Source: Octopus bimaculoides (taxonomy: Eukaryota). From it: DNA of 64,000 nt. The notes below the pieces were generated by a model, which saw only the letters and a program-made list of their open reading frames with translations, did no database searches and was not told the DNA's origin. The stretch's first letter is position 1; each line of letters begins with the position of its first letter. The position numbers were made by a program, and so were the translations under genes. The stretch covers positions 65,249,795-65,313,794 of the forward strand of contig NC_068981.1 of the NCBI RefSeq assembly GCF_001194135.2. Direction: 5' to 3'. Positions 1-11,982 of the stretch are shown here, piece after piece.

Positions 1-561
1 ATGGAAAAAAAATGTAGCATTGTGTTTAAACATGCACACAGTTTTAATATGATCTGTTGAAGAATACAATCATTATTTTAGGCCATATGTGTTTTATATG
101 AGTGTTTGTAATTTTTTTAGGCTTCCCAGATATTTTTATTTCCCTATTGTTTTTCTGGTGTCAAATAGAGGAAGTAGACTGCTTCTTATTCATTAAAGAT
201 ACACCAATAACTGAGGAATGTATTATTACACAGAAATTTATAAGAACAACTGTCATAGGGTAACCGTTTTTGAAGCCAACTGATTGCATTTATGTCTTTA
301 ACAACAAATATATGTAACAAGAGACTTATCAATTTGTTACTGTGTACACTAAATGGCAATTCTACTGCTTATTGCACTATTGTTTTTCTCTTTAATGACA
401 AGATTCACTTCAATTTCCATATGTTTTGATTATCTGATTTTATTGGTGTTATCTTTTCTTCTTTTTATATTTTGATTTTACACACCCTGGTAGAGATTTT
501 GCTTATTAATTGCATGGATAAGCTCAATTAATCGAAGTTGTTATAGAACGTGTAATTCCCT

Positions 562-815
562 GGCACATAGCTTAGTGGTTAGAGGTATTCAGCTCACGAT
601 CATAAGTTTATGAGTTCAATACCTGTTCATTTGGCAAAAATGAGTTGTACCTGTATTTCAAAGGGCCAGCCTTGTCACACTCTGTGTCACACTGAATCTC
701 CCTAAGAACTATGGTAAGGATATGCATATCAGCAGAGTACTCAGCCACTTATGTGCTAATTTCATGAGCAGGCTGTTCCATTGATCAGATCGACTGGAAC
801 CTTTATTCATCATAA
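562..815 (+). mobile_element. tRNA-derived SINE, decayed
   Basis: Pol III A-box-like TAGCTTAGTGG (~568) and B-box-like GAGTTCAAT (~612), followed by non-tRNA body; boundaries approximate. Confidence 0.55.
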
Positions 816-959
816 TCAATGTAGTGCCAGGTTTGTGGAACATTCTCCTAAGGTACTTCACTTCAATCATACTGTCATTTGTTTTAGTTGTTGTTTTGTT
901 TGTTTGTTTTTTGGGGGTGGGGGTTTGGAAGATGCTGTGTCCAGAGCATTTGCAGGCCA

Positions 960-1780
960 CCCTTCAAGACTGGTTAGGTTGATGATGTTCAAAAAGTGAA
1001 AGTCAATGATATTGAATGAGAAGAATTTCAAGGGGATGACATTTGGAGGATTAAGGATTGGATTTTGTATAGTAATTATGATGTAACCTGGCGAGGACAG
1101 ACAGAATATGAATGATGAAGAGAGAGATGAGTGTGTTGGAGTGTGCAGCTCCATGCCAACTAGTCTGATGGACGTTTTTGGATGTAGTCTAAGATGTTTA
1201 TCTGAACAGCAGCACCATCCCAGATGTGACAGCAGTTTTTCAATGTGATTTTCACTTGAGTTTTACATATTGTACACAACTGCTAGGAGCTGAAGTATAT
1301 GGTGGTTTTAAAAATGTAGACTAGTCTTCAGGATGCAGTTTTTGCTATGCTATAGATGTAAAGTTACCAGGTCATATCAGTACTTGGGAAGTCTAACATT
1401 TGTAGCTATTTAAAAAGTTTTGGGAGCATGTTGCTCATGACTAGTGGAAAGGTCCAACAGTGTTACTTGTTGTTTTTATGCATGTAGTGATTGTCTCTTT
1501 GTGTTGTTTGAAGGAAATTAGATCCATAAGACATCATTACAGGATGTTTTCAAGGTTTCTGTTCATGAAGGCAGTGCAAGTTTGTCGTGAGGTATTTAGA
1601 TTGCATGTGGATGGCACTAGAAAGTGGAAGTTTTGGGACTAATGATGAATGATGTCATCTGTATAATAGTGAATGTTAGCAGAGGTGAGAGCAAGTTGGT
1701 AGTTGATATACAAGAGGGAAAGTGTGGGGATACAAAGCCAAACCTAAGGATAAATCAGAACTGATAGAATTTCAGAGAAG
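960..1780 (-). mobile_element. CR1/L2-type LINE, reverse transcriptase C-terminal remnant
   Basis: Minus-strand translation gives PTLSLLYINYQLALTSANIHYYTDD (degenerate LFLLYINDL...YADD; ~1654-1725) and CCHIWDGAAVQINILDYIQKR (~1170-1235), typical of CR1-clade RT; many stops and frameshifts. Confidence 0.7.
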
Positions 1781-2222
1781 GCTTCATACTTAAAAATTGT
1801 TATTATCAACATACAAAAGGAAATTGATTGGTAGGGACAGATTATAGATTTCTGATATATTGAGGATGTTAGTGATCAATAGTTTTTGTTAATACAGGTC
1901 ATTCCAGCTCAGATGGTCTGTTCAAACTTGTCCTACATTTCCAAAGGGAACTTTACCATTTTTTTTTTTTCAAGTAGAATTCATGGTGAAGGAAGTATAT
2001 ATACTGGCCCTTCCAATATGCAGTTGAATCTATAGAATAATAATGGTTTGGGTAAAGACTAAATGTAACTTTTTTACTTTTAATAATACATCACCCCCAA
2101 AACTGATGCAACTCTGGTACACTTGCAACATTTCTTAGTGTAGAAAACTACAAAAATTAATACTTGAATGTAGTCTGCTGACCAAATAACTTCTTTAATT
2201 CAAAATCTTTTAAAGTTTTGTT

Positions 2223-2302
2223 CATGAACTAATATAAATACATAAAATAAGTTCAGTTCATAAGATAAGTGCATGAACTAATATAAATACATAAAATAAG
2301 TT
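2223..2302. repeat. Exact 31-bp direct repeat with 18-bp spacer
   Basis: CATGAACTAATATAAATACATAAAATAAGTT at 2223-2253 and 2272-2302. Confidence 0.9.
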
Positions 2303-2579
2303 ACGAATCACTTTTGGTCTATTTTTGCATGAGTTGAATGTATTCACATGTTCTCTTTCTCCTCTAGGTATTACAATGTTAAAATCTATTCTATTTACAA
2401 GTGAGATAGGGTGGTAGACCAGCTGTGCAATTAAATAACTTGACACACGTTTTTCTTCAATGTGCACTGAAGATTTTTGCAGCCACTTTCACTTATTGAT
2501 TTTTGTTCCAAAATCAGGCCTGACGTTTTTTTTCCCCAATCCTTATCATAACACTAAGTCCTCCTTCTGTCTGTCTGTC

Positions 2580-2754
2580 TGTATGTATGTATATAAAAAC
2601 ATCTATAAATACATATGTACATATATATATATATGCACACACATTTATATATGAATATATATATATACACACACACACATATATACATACATATATATAT
2701 AATTATATATATACATATATATATATACATACATATATATATGTACATACATAT

Positions 2755-2795
<41 letters not shown>
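2580..2795. repeat. Compound (TA)n/(CA)n/(TACA)n microsatellite abutting a gap
   Basis: Directly visible low-complexity tract. Confidence 0.9.
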
Positions 2796-3149
2796 NNNNN
2801 NNNNNNNNNNNNNNNNNNNNNNNNNNNNNNNNNNNNNNNNNNNNNNNNNNNNNNNNNNNNNNNNNNNATATACATACCTACTTCTTTTACCCCTTTTCAT
2901 TTTCCTGGGAACCCACTTCGACACCTTTTCTTATCCAATCTTTTATTACTTTCTTCAGACATTCTGACTGTTACATAACCACCAGATTTTTTTACTAGTC
3001 TTATCACTTTACGCTTTTTCTACTATTTTATTTCTTTTTTCATTTTTTATGCCAGCATAGAAAATGGATGCTAAATGATGATAATAATATTTTTGCAGTT
3101 TATTTTTCATCGGTGTTTTTTTGTTTTTTTTCTTAAACACTACATTCCT

Positions 3150-3690
3150 CTTACTTTCTTATTCTTTTCCTCTTCACGTCTGCCACACACTTTTCCCCAT
3201 GCCTTCCTCTTACATACAATACAATACAATTACACCTACACACCATCTTCCAACATCCCAACTCTCCTACAACACTAGTCTTCCACACTTGAACTCCTCC
3301 ATACACCGGCATATACCACAAGAAACCACATGCACCCCATACCACAACATGCACACACACTCCATCCCTTATGGCTATCTCTTTACAAGGACCTCTTCTT
3401 ATATGTGCATACACCACTCCACTTCTTCTCTTCGTCTCTCCCTTCCATAAAACTACATTCCCATCTGGCCCCAACCTTTTTTCTTATCTATTTCAAACTG
3501 CCTTTTCTTCTTTATATTTTTCCACCACCTTTAATCATTCTTTTATTTTTTCTGATGAATGACCAGCATCTGAAACGTCAAAATCCTTTCCCTTCATTTT
3601 AAGCATTAAACTACTACAGTTGTTAAAACTTATCGCAAAGGGTTTTTAATCAAATATTTACACGCTATTATTTATAGCTTTATTTTGCTT
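3150..3690 (+). mobile_element. Penelope-like element remnant (GIY-YIG C-terminus plus terminal repeat)
   Basis: HS..MAISLQG...FHKTTFPSGPN resembles the Penelope GIY-YIG end (L.T..P.GLN); followed by CTGATGA (3552-3558)...GAAACGTC (3572-3579), a hammerhead-like core typical of Penelope terminal repeats. Confidence 0.5.
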
Positions 3691-4120
3691 TGAGATCCAC
3701 TGTTTCAAAAACAGATTACTTCATGTTCTTTTGAAGTTTATAGTTTCTTACGATATCAACAATGATTGTCACAATCTGAGTTGCCTCCAGTTGAAAGCTA
3801 CAGCTCCCCAACACTAGTTGCTTGTACATGTTATTTGACCTAATCTTTACAGCTGGATACCCTTCTTAACATCAACCACTTTACAGAATGTATGGGCTGA
3901 TTTCCTCATGGAACCAGCATTTGAAGAGTCGAATAGCTCTTGGTGAGACAGAAGTATAAGGACCTCATTAACCTACACTTGTCTATCAATCAACAAACAG
4001 TCCAGATATGCTTTGCTGAGGATTGTGAACAAATGACACCATCTATATGAACAGTGAGTTTTCGTTTACAATCAGTATGCATGTCAAGGGAATGTGTACT
4101 CTCTTGCATGCACATGCACG

Positions 4121-4153
<33 letters not shown>

Positions 4154-4969
4154 CAGGCTTCTTCCATTCTCTATCTATCAAAGTTTACTCACAAGATATA
4201 GTAGATGACACTAGCAACAGTGTCTATGTTGTGCAGAGTAATCTCCAAACCACATAGTTCCAAAGTAGAATTGTTAACCTCACAGCCAGTTTCTGTTGGC
4301 TAATTCCACTCATATGGAATTTGTCAGCTCAGAGTTATAGAGAAAGTTACCTTCCCACCGTACCACACAGCAAGAATTAATGCAAAACCACCTGGTTGCA
4401 AAACTAACTTCTAAAGCACATGACCTATTGCTGTGCTTAAAAGTATTTGTATATTTAGTGGTTTGTCTGTGAGTAATATGCAGAGTTACCTTAAGTGTAT
4501 ACAACAAAATGTCCATTTAACATAATAGAGATTTGTTATCATTGTTGAGAGAAATTAGTTTTACAGCAATATTACAGCATTCATTCTAAAAAAACATAAT
4601 AAAATTTCAGATGGAATGCTAATTGTTGAAATAGTGATATAACTTTGTATTTATCACCAGACAGGAAATTAAAGTTTAACCTCAAGTGGATTTAATTTAA
4701 ATGATGATAATTCTGAGAGAAATCAATTTACCTTTATCAAGAATATTGACTTTGTTATTAAAAGTTTTTACATTTAAACCAAAGAGTTGTGAGGTTAGAT
4801 CTCAAGATCTTGGGCCTCGTGATTGAGATGACAATCTATCAAGACAGATTGAAGATATGCTATCCCACTGACCTTTTCATCTTATACAAATAAATATGAA
4901 GTTTATATTGATACATGTAAATTAGCATTTAGCTTAATTATCAAAATGTGATGGTTTCATCCTATTCTT

Positions 4970-5386
4970 TTATTCTTTTCTTTTACTCTTTTACTTGTTT
5001 CAGTCATTTGACTGCGGCCATGCTGGAGCACCGCCTTTAGTCGAATCAAATCGACCCCAGGACTTATTCTTTGTAAGCCTAATACTTATTCTATCGGTCT
5101 CTTTTTGCCGAACCGCTAAGTTACGGGGACCTAAACACACCAGCATCGGTTGTCAAGCGATGTTGGGGGGACAAACACAGATACACAACATATACACACA
5201 TACATATATATATACATATATACGATGGGCTTCTTTCAGTTTCCGTCTACCAAATCCACTCACAAGGCTTTGGTCGGCCCGAGGCTATAGTAGAAGACAC
5301 TTGCCCAAGGTGCCACGCAGTGGGACTGAACCCGGGACCATGTGGTTGGTAAGCAAGCTACTTACCACACAGCCACTCCTGTGCCT
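4970..5386 (-). mobile_element. SINE family A (octopod tRNA-derived SINE with central microsatellite, AAAAGAGT tail), near full length
   Basis: Reverse complement reads GGAGTGGCTGTGTGGTAAG (A box)...GGTTCAGTCCC (B box), central (TA/CA)n, tail (AAAAGAGT)n; near-identical copies at 34605-35031 and 48517-48910. Confidence 0.85.
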
Positions 5387-6718
5387 GAGTGAAATAAATG
5401 AATTGCATCTACCTTCCAAACAGCCAAATCTTTCTTATGAGAGGATATCCTTCTCCTCCTCATCATCATTATCATTTTAATGCCTATTTTTCTATGTTTG
5501 CATTAGTCAGACAAAACCTGTTGAGGCAGATTTTCTATGACCTGATACTCTGACTGTTGTCAATTTTCAAGTTTTTACCTAATTTTGTTTTCATTCAGAA
5601 TGCAAATTTTAAGACAAAGGAAGATATACATATCATATGTGTGTGTATGCATGTGTATGTTTATGTGCATGTGTGTGTGTAAGCTCACAAAAGGCTTCTT
5701 AAAGTTTTTGTCAACCAATTTCATTTACAAAGCATTGATCAAACCATGGCTATAGTAGAAAACATCAGCTAACAGTACCCCACATAGTGGAAACAAACCC
5801 CAAACCTTGTGATTCTCAAATGAACTTCTTAACCATATTAAAACTTCTGCACCAAAATGTGCATAAAATGCATGAAAGAATATACAAATCATCTAGTATC
5901 TGATTTACAACTACATTTCTCAGTTATCTGTCCACAATATCAAATAAATCAATATCTTTTCTCTTCTCAAGAATTTTTTGTAGTGGAATATGTGTTTATT
6001 CATTCATTAAATGTCCATTTTTCCATGTTATCATGGGTTGGAAAAGGACTTACTTCAGGCAGGTTTTTACTACTGAATGCTTTTTGTGTCATCAACATGT
6101 ACCTGCTTTTCAAATAAGAGATCCTCACAAGCTCAGACCAACTGGACATAATGTCAACAAGGACTATAAATATGATATTACCATTTCACTGTAACAAGTA
6201 AAGCAGTATAATGTCAATATTCATACACACACACACACACTGCATATATACATATATATATATATATATANNNNNNNNNNNNNNNNNNNNNNNNNNNNNN
6301 NNNNNNNNNNNNNNNNNNNNNNNNNNNNNNNNNNNNNNNNNNNNNNNNNNNNNNNNNNNNNNNNNNNNNNNNNNNNNNNNNNNNNNNNNNNNNNNNNNNN
6401 NNNNNNNNNNNNNNNNNNNNNNNNNNNNNNNNNNNNNNNNNNNNNNNNNNNNNNNNNNNNNNNNNNNNNNNNNNNNNNNNNNNNNNNNNNNNNNNNNNNN
6501 NNNNNNNNNNNNNNNNNNNNNNNNNNNNNNNNNNNNNNNNNNNNNNNNNNNNNNNNNNNNNNNNNNNNNNNNNNNNNNNNNNNNNNNNNNNNNNNNNNNN
6601 NNNTAGATATAGATTCAAGGCTTGAATATGGTACTTATGCGAAGGCACCCGAATATCACATCCCAAAAGGATGGGTGATTAAAATCAAACAATAAGCAAC
6701 ACGGATTTCAAAAGTAAT

Positions 6719-6807
6719 TGCAGTACGCACGTTTCATGCTACTTCAATTTATTTAAGTAATGTGAGCATTACCTTAAATGCAATATGAAGAGCAATCTTC
6801 AGCTGCA
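6719..6807 (-). ncRNA. Putative type I hammerhead ribozyme with extended stem II
   Basis: Minus strand: stem I TGCAG (6807-6803) / CTGCA (6723-6719); core CTGAAGA (6802-6796); 60-nt stem II hairpin; GAAAC (6735-6731); stem III CG-TG-CG; cleavage triplet GTA (6726-6724). The base of stem II is a U-U mismatch. Confidence 0.7.
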
Positions 6808-6917
6808 CGAAAAAATGCAGAAAAAAGACATATTACAAATGTGGCAACATATTAAAACCAAGTGGGAGAGAGCATACATAAAATCCAAATGTGAGGAAGA
6901 ATATATAAGTCCATCTT

Positions 6918-6956
<39 letters not shown>

Positions 6957-7559
6957 ACAATATGAAAATAAGAATTACTCTGATAATTCAATAATTATAT
7001 ATCACCTTTAAGACCAGCAGATGTTTCAATTGCACCAATTAGTAAACATTGCAATTGCAACCCTACTGTAAAACGATGCAATATATGTAAAATAATTATT
7101 ACCAATAGAAGCAGCATTAATACCAACAGGTAATATTTATCCCCATTTAAAAGTGGAGAAGTGTTTGTGTGAGTGTACGTGTGTATGTGTGTATGTATAC
7201 ATACATATGCAATAGGCTTCTGCACAGTTTCCACCTACTGAATTCATTCACAAGGCATTGGTTTGCTCAGGGCTGTAGTAAAAGACATTTGCTTCCAGTA
7301 CTGCATATTGGGAGTGAACCCAAATCCATATAGTTGCAAAGTGAACTTTTTAGTCAAACAGGTATGTCTGTGCTAGTATTCTGAACAAATGTTTTTATTA
7401 AAACATTACACTTGTAAGTTAATCTCACCAATGAAAATTCATCTCCAATTATGCAGAATAATGTCAAGCGATTGATACCACTGTTATACTTTCTCTCCTT
7501 TCTAAACAACATCTGTTGTTAAAGAAAGTAACATGCTTACTCTTCTGTATAAAAGTCTA

Positions 7560-8500
7560 CTTGTATTTTGAGAGAATAATTTTGCACAGTTTTTCACCTA
7601 TATAAATTAGATTGTGTCAAGTTAAGCTGATTTTTTGAAAAATTGATTTACTAAATCATAGGAATAAAGCTTATCTCCTGGATGAACACTTTTGTTAGCA
7701 GTTAACTTATACCTTCAAGAGAAGAAATTACCATGGATATCTTAATAATATAGTTTATCTCCTGCATGAATGCATTTGTAAATAGTCAAGTTTGAGAGAA
7801 TGTTATCTCAGAGATATAGCTTCTTTCCTATATGAATATGTTTAGTAGTTGTTAAGTGACTATCCATAAAGATTGATTTACCGCACATATCACAGTGATA
7901 GTCTCTCGCCAGTACAAATGCATATTTGTTTAGACATGCTACATATTCCAGAGAATCTACATTTACCATGTAATATATACATGTATATAGTTAAGATAGT
8001 ACTTTGAGAGAATAATTTACCATAGATATCAGTGATATGGCTTTTCATCTGTATTAATATGTTTGTGAGAAGATGAGAAAACAGTTGAAAAGAATGATTT
8101 ACCATTGATAACACAGTGGTATAGTTTCTTTCCACTATAAATAAGTTTGTGAGTGGTTATTTCACCACTTCCAGAGAATTATTTACTAAAGATCATCGTC
8201 ATCATCATTTAATGTCCATTTTTCATGCTGGCATAGGTTGCACAATAGGAGCTGGCAAGCCAGAGAGCTGCACCAGGCTCCAATTGTCTGTTTTGGCAAG
8301 GATTCTATTGCTGGATGCCCTTTCTAACACCAACTGCTTTACTTTTGGGAATAGTTAAATTACTATCAATAGGAAATAATTCACCAAAGACATCACAGTG
8401 ATATAATATCTCTCCTATATGACTATGCTTGTAAATAGTTCAGTTATCACTTTCAGAGAATGGTTTAGCAAATATATCACAATAATATGGTTTTCTCTGT
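7560..8500. repeat. Degenerate ~80-bp tandem repeat array (~9-10 units)
   Basis: Recurring GAGAAT(A/G)ATTTACCAT(A/G)GATATC(AC)AGTGATAT-like anchors near 7570, 7720, 7795, 7870, 7950, 8005, 8088, 8172, 8370 and 8455. Confidence 0.7.
8196..8340 (-). mobile_element. RTE LINE 3'-tail fragment inserted in the tandem array
   Basis: (CAT)n then TTTAATGTCCATTTTTCATGCTGGCATAGGTTG...CTGGATGCCCTTTCTAACACCAAC; matches the 3' end of the RTE at 11840-11982. Confidence 0.75.
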
Positions 8501-9002
8501 TGTTTTAATAATCTGGTTCTCAATTCATTTTCCATAATCTTCTTCTGTCTACTCATTATGTGAATATTTTTCTTACACTAGGTTTTATATTTAATTCCTA
8601 ACAAACATTTCATTACCTATCTTCCCATAAACCTTGATTTCAGCAAACAGTTACTCATAAAATAAATTATTAAGATATTATAATTTTTGGTGAATAATTA
8701 TTTCAAGCTAGTTTACAAAACTCTGTTTCTTAATAAAGAAAAAAGTAAAACCTCTTCATCAATCATATCCACAAGTGAAATTTCTTGAAAAGCAACTGGT
8801 CATATTTCATGGTAAATTTGTTCATAAGTAATTGGAATGCAAATTCTTCAAATTATCTCAGACAGTGAAATAGAGAAATTTTGCAAGTAATCTAAGTTCA
8901 CAGTGAACATTTCAGATTAATTCATCCATAGATTGATACAAATAGCATTACTAGATCTTTAAAAGAAGATACTGTTGATTTGTATTCAAAATATATCTTT
9001 AA

Positions 9003-9175
9003 CCCTTTAGCATTTTAAACCAGTCATATTGAGCCAAAATATTCTACCTGTTTTATGTTCAAACTGGCCAGATCTGGTCTCTCACACCTACCTATAATGT
9101 CATCCTAAAAATAAACAATCACCTCATCAAAATCTCAAAGCTACTAGATAAAGCATAATTAATTCAAAACAATCT
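9003..9175 (+). mobile_element. piggyBac-type MITE, right end missing
   Basis: TTAA|CCCTTTAGCATT left terminus; body aligns by eye with the complete copy at 50873-51078. Confidence 0.7.
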
Positions 9176-10269
9176 TATAATAATTCTGCTGGTCATTCCA
9201 TTACTTAGTCCATTGGTAATGATTAGAGAAAAAGAGGGAGAGAGAAAAAGAGGGTGAGTGAAGCATCCATGATCTAAGGTAGAGGGAATGTAATTGTAAC
9301 CCTTTCGCATGATTAGTTGAAGGAAAAGAGAGGTGAAAGAAAAAGGAGAGAGAAAAAGAGGATAAGGCAAAGAGTGAGATAGAAAGTGGGAGAAAGAAAA
9401 AAAGGAGAGAGAAAAAGAGGGAGAGAAATGCATTCATGATGTGACGTAGGGGGAGCATAATATTTATTACGGGGTTAAAAAACTTAGTTGAAGGTAGTGA
9501 TGATATAAAGGAGGAGAGTTAAATGTATAATTTTAGTAGAGGGGTGATGTTCTAATGGTGAGGTTGAAGAAAGGGCAGAGAGAAGTGATGGTGGTGCTGG
9601 TGATGATGGTGGTGGTGCAAGTGGTAGTGGAGATGGAGGTGGTGGAGGTGACAATGGTGATTGGATAGTGAAAAGTATAATTTTTTTAATTGAACTACCG
9701 TAAACACCCATGCAACTTATGCACTTCTTTTGCAAAAATAAAAATAAACTTTAGGGGGTGCATAAATTACATGAGTTGATCGTTTCCAGAATTTTTTTAG
9801 AATTTTTTTTTTTGTTAAAAAAAGACATACAGAATGTAAACATTCATACTGGAAGTTGACTCACTTAATGGGCTTAAATATAATGAAGTTGACTTTTATT
9901 TCTGCTGGATGGTATAATGCTTACTTTTTCTGTATAAATTTATTAAAACCATTAAGTAGTTAACTACTTTTTGAAGTCTGACATAAATGCTGGTAATCAC
10001 GTTCTGGGCCATATTTTACATATTTTACTCGGTTGAGTAAAGTGTCATCCAAGCTGATATTTATTGGTAATTAAACTTAATTTGCAACACCTGTGTGTAT
10101 TTATCAGCTTCGTTTTTTGTTGATAATTCTTAACAACTTTCCCTGTGTATGCATGTCTGTGAGTGTATGTGAGAGAAAAGGGAAGCACATGTGTACATAC
10201 ATAAATGTACACATGTGTATAGAAATACACACACACACACACACACACATATACAAATGTACATTAAGG

Positions 10270-10300
<31 letters not shown>

Positions 10301-10497
10301 NNNNNNNNNNNNNNNNNNNNNNNNNNNNNNNNNNNNNNNNNNNNNNNNNNNNNNNNNNNNNNNNNNNNNNNNNNNNNNNNNNNNNNNNNNNNNNNNNNNN
10401 NNNNNNNNNNNNNNNNNNNNNNNNNNNNNNNNNNNNNNNNNNNNNNNNNNNNNNNNNNNNNNNNNNNNNNNNNNNNNNNNNNNNNNNNNNNNNNNNN

Positions 10498-10532
<35 letters not shown>

Positions 10533-10609
10533 GTATGTATATATAAATATATATTATACATATATATATATAGTCAATCCAAACATGAACAAGCAAGAAA
10601 AAACAACAA

Positions 10610-10850
10610 TGTGAGGATGTGGAATAAGTACAGTGTTATTCGATGCTCAGGAAAGGAAAGAAAAGAAAGAGGATTTCATGCTTTGAGTGGAGCTTTTCAT
10701 CAGAAATATAGATAAAGTCCAAAGAAGGGAAGATGGAGAAAGAAAATCGCCAACGATATACATGCAGTCGCATGTTGAAATGACTGGAAGAGAATGGGTG
10801 AAGAAAAAGTTCTTTCTAAGACAGGAGAGTGCAAGAGAAGGAGGTATGTG
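10610..10850 (-). mobile_element. Penelope-like terminal-repeat remnant
   Basis: Minus strand CTGATGA (10703-10697)...AAGCT/AGCAT stem...GAAA; downstream tract resembles the one after the 3552 motif. Confidence 0.45.
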
Positions 10851-10974
10851 CATGCATGTAGGTGTGTGTGTGTGTGTGTGTAATGATAGCATGTGTATGT
10901 GCATGTGTGTGTAATGATAGCACGTGTATGTGTGGCTGTGGTTGTTTATGTATGTGTATGGTTGAAATTACCTA

Positions 10975-11982
10975 AGCAAACAAGTCTGTAGTGGGGGTGG
11001 TTGCTCTGAGAGTGTAGCACCTAGAATAAGAATAGCCTGGGCAAAGTTCAGGGAACTTCTACTTCTGCTGGCAACTAAGGGCCTCTCACTCAGAATGAAA
11101 GGTAAACTGTATGATGCATGTGTGTGAACTGCCATGGGCCATGACTGCTGAGGATATGTGTAGGCTTGAAAGAAATAAAGCTAGTATGATCCACTGGATT
11201 TGTAATGTCAGTGTGCATGCACGACAGAGTGTGAGTACTCTGAGAGAAAAGTTGGGCATAAGAAACATTAAATGTGGTGTGCAAGAGAGACGACTGTGCT
11301 GGTATGTATGGATGAGGACAGTTGTGTGAGGAAGTGCTACATCCTAACTGTGGAAGGAACCTGTAGAAGAGGTAGAGCCAGGAAGACATGGGATGAGGTG
11401 GTGAAACATAACCTTCAAACATTGGGCCTTCAAACATTGCCTCACAGAAGCAATGACAGGAGACCAAGACCTTCAGAAATATGTTGTGATTGAGAAGACC
11501 CAACATCTAAAGTGAGACCGAAGTCATAGCCAATGCCAGTGTTTCATGTCTGGCCCATTCAAGAGTACCCTTGATGCATCAAGCAATATGATATGCTTGA
11601 GAAGACCTGTTGAGTCAAGTAAAACCAAAAATCATAGCTGTAGCCAGTGCCCCCTGACTGGCTCCCATTCTGGTGTAATGTAAAATGCATCATCCAAATG
11701 TGGTCGATGCCAGTATCCCCTGACTGGCTCCTGTGCCAGTGGCACATAAAAAGCACTATCCGAACTTGATCAATGCCAGGGCCACCTGACTGGCTCCCAT
11801 GCCAGTGGCATGTAAAAAGCACCCACTACACTCTCAGAATGGTTGGTATTAGGAAGGGCATCCAACTGTAGAAACATTGCCAGATCAGATTGGCGCTTGG
11901 TGTAGCCACTGGCTTTCCAGACCTCAGTCAAATTGTCCAACCCATGCCAGTTTGGAAAATGGATGTTAAACAATGATGATGA
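10975..11982 (+). mobile_element. 5'-truncated RTE-clade LINE (RT C-terminus, 3' UTR with ~65-bp tandem subrepeats, GAT tail)
   Basis: Translation RIRIAWAKFRELL...KGKLYDACV...WAMTAEDMCRLERNKASMIHWICNV...RRLCWY...RGRARKTWDEVV is typical RTE ORF C-terminus; ends GGATGTTAAACAATGATGATGA. Confidence 0.85.

Noticed and set aside
562-640. tRNA-like A/B boxes here and at 48517 and 50015
   Set aside because: SINE heads; no complete cloverleaf and they continue into repeat bodies.
2460-2998. ORFs of [20 protein letters not shown] type here and throughout, and ORFs containing X runs
   Set aside because: Translations of microsatellites or N gaps, which lack stop codons.
7560-8500. Repeat/spacer-like periodic arrays (also 11630-11830 and 63468-63650) as CRISPR
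   Set aside because: Whole units are homologous and diverged, with no unique spacers; eukaryotic context and no cas genes.
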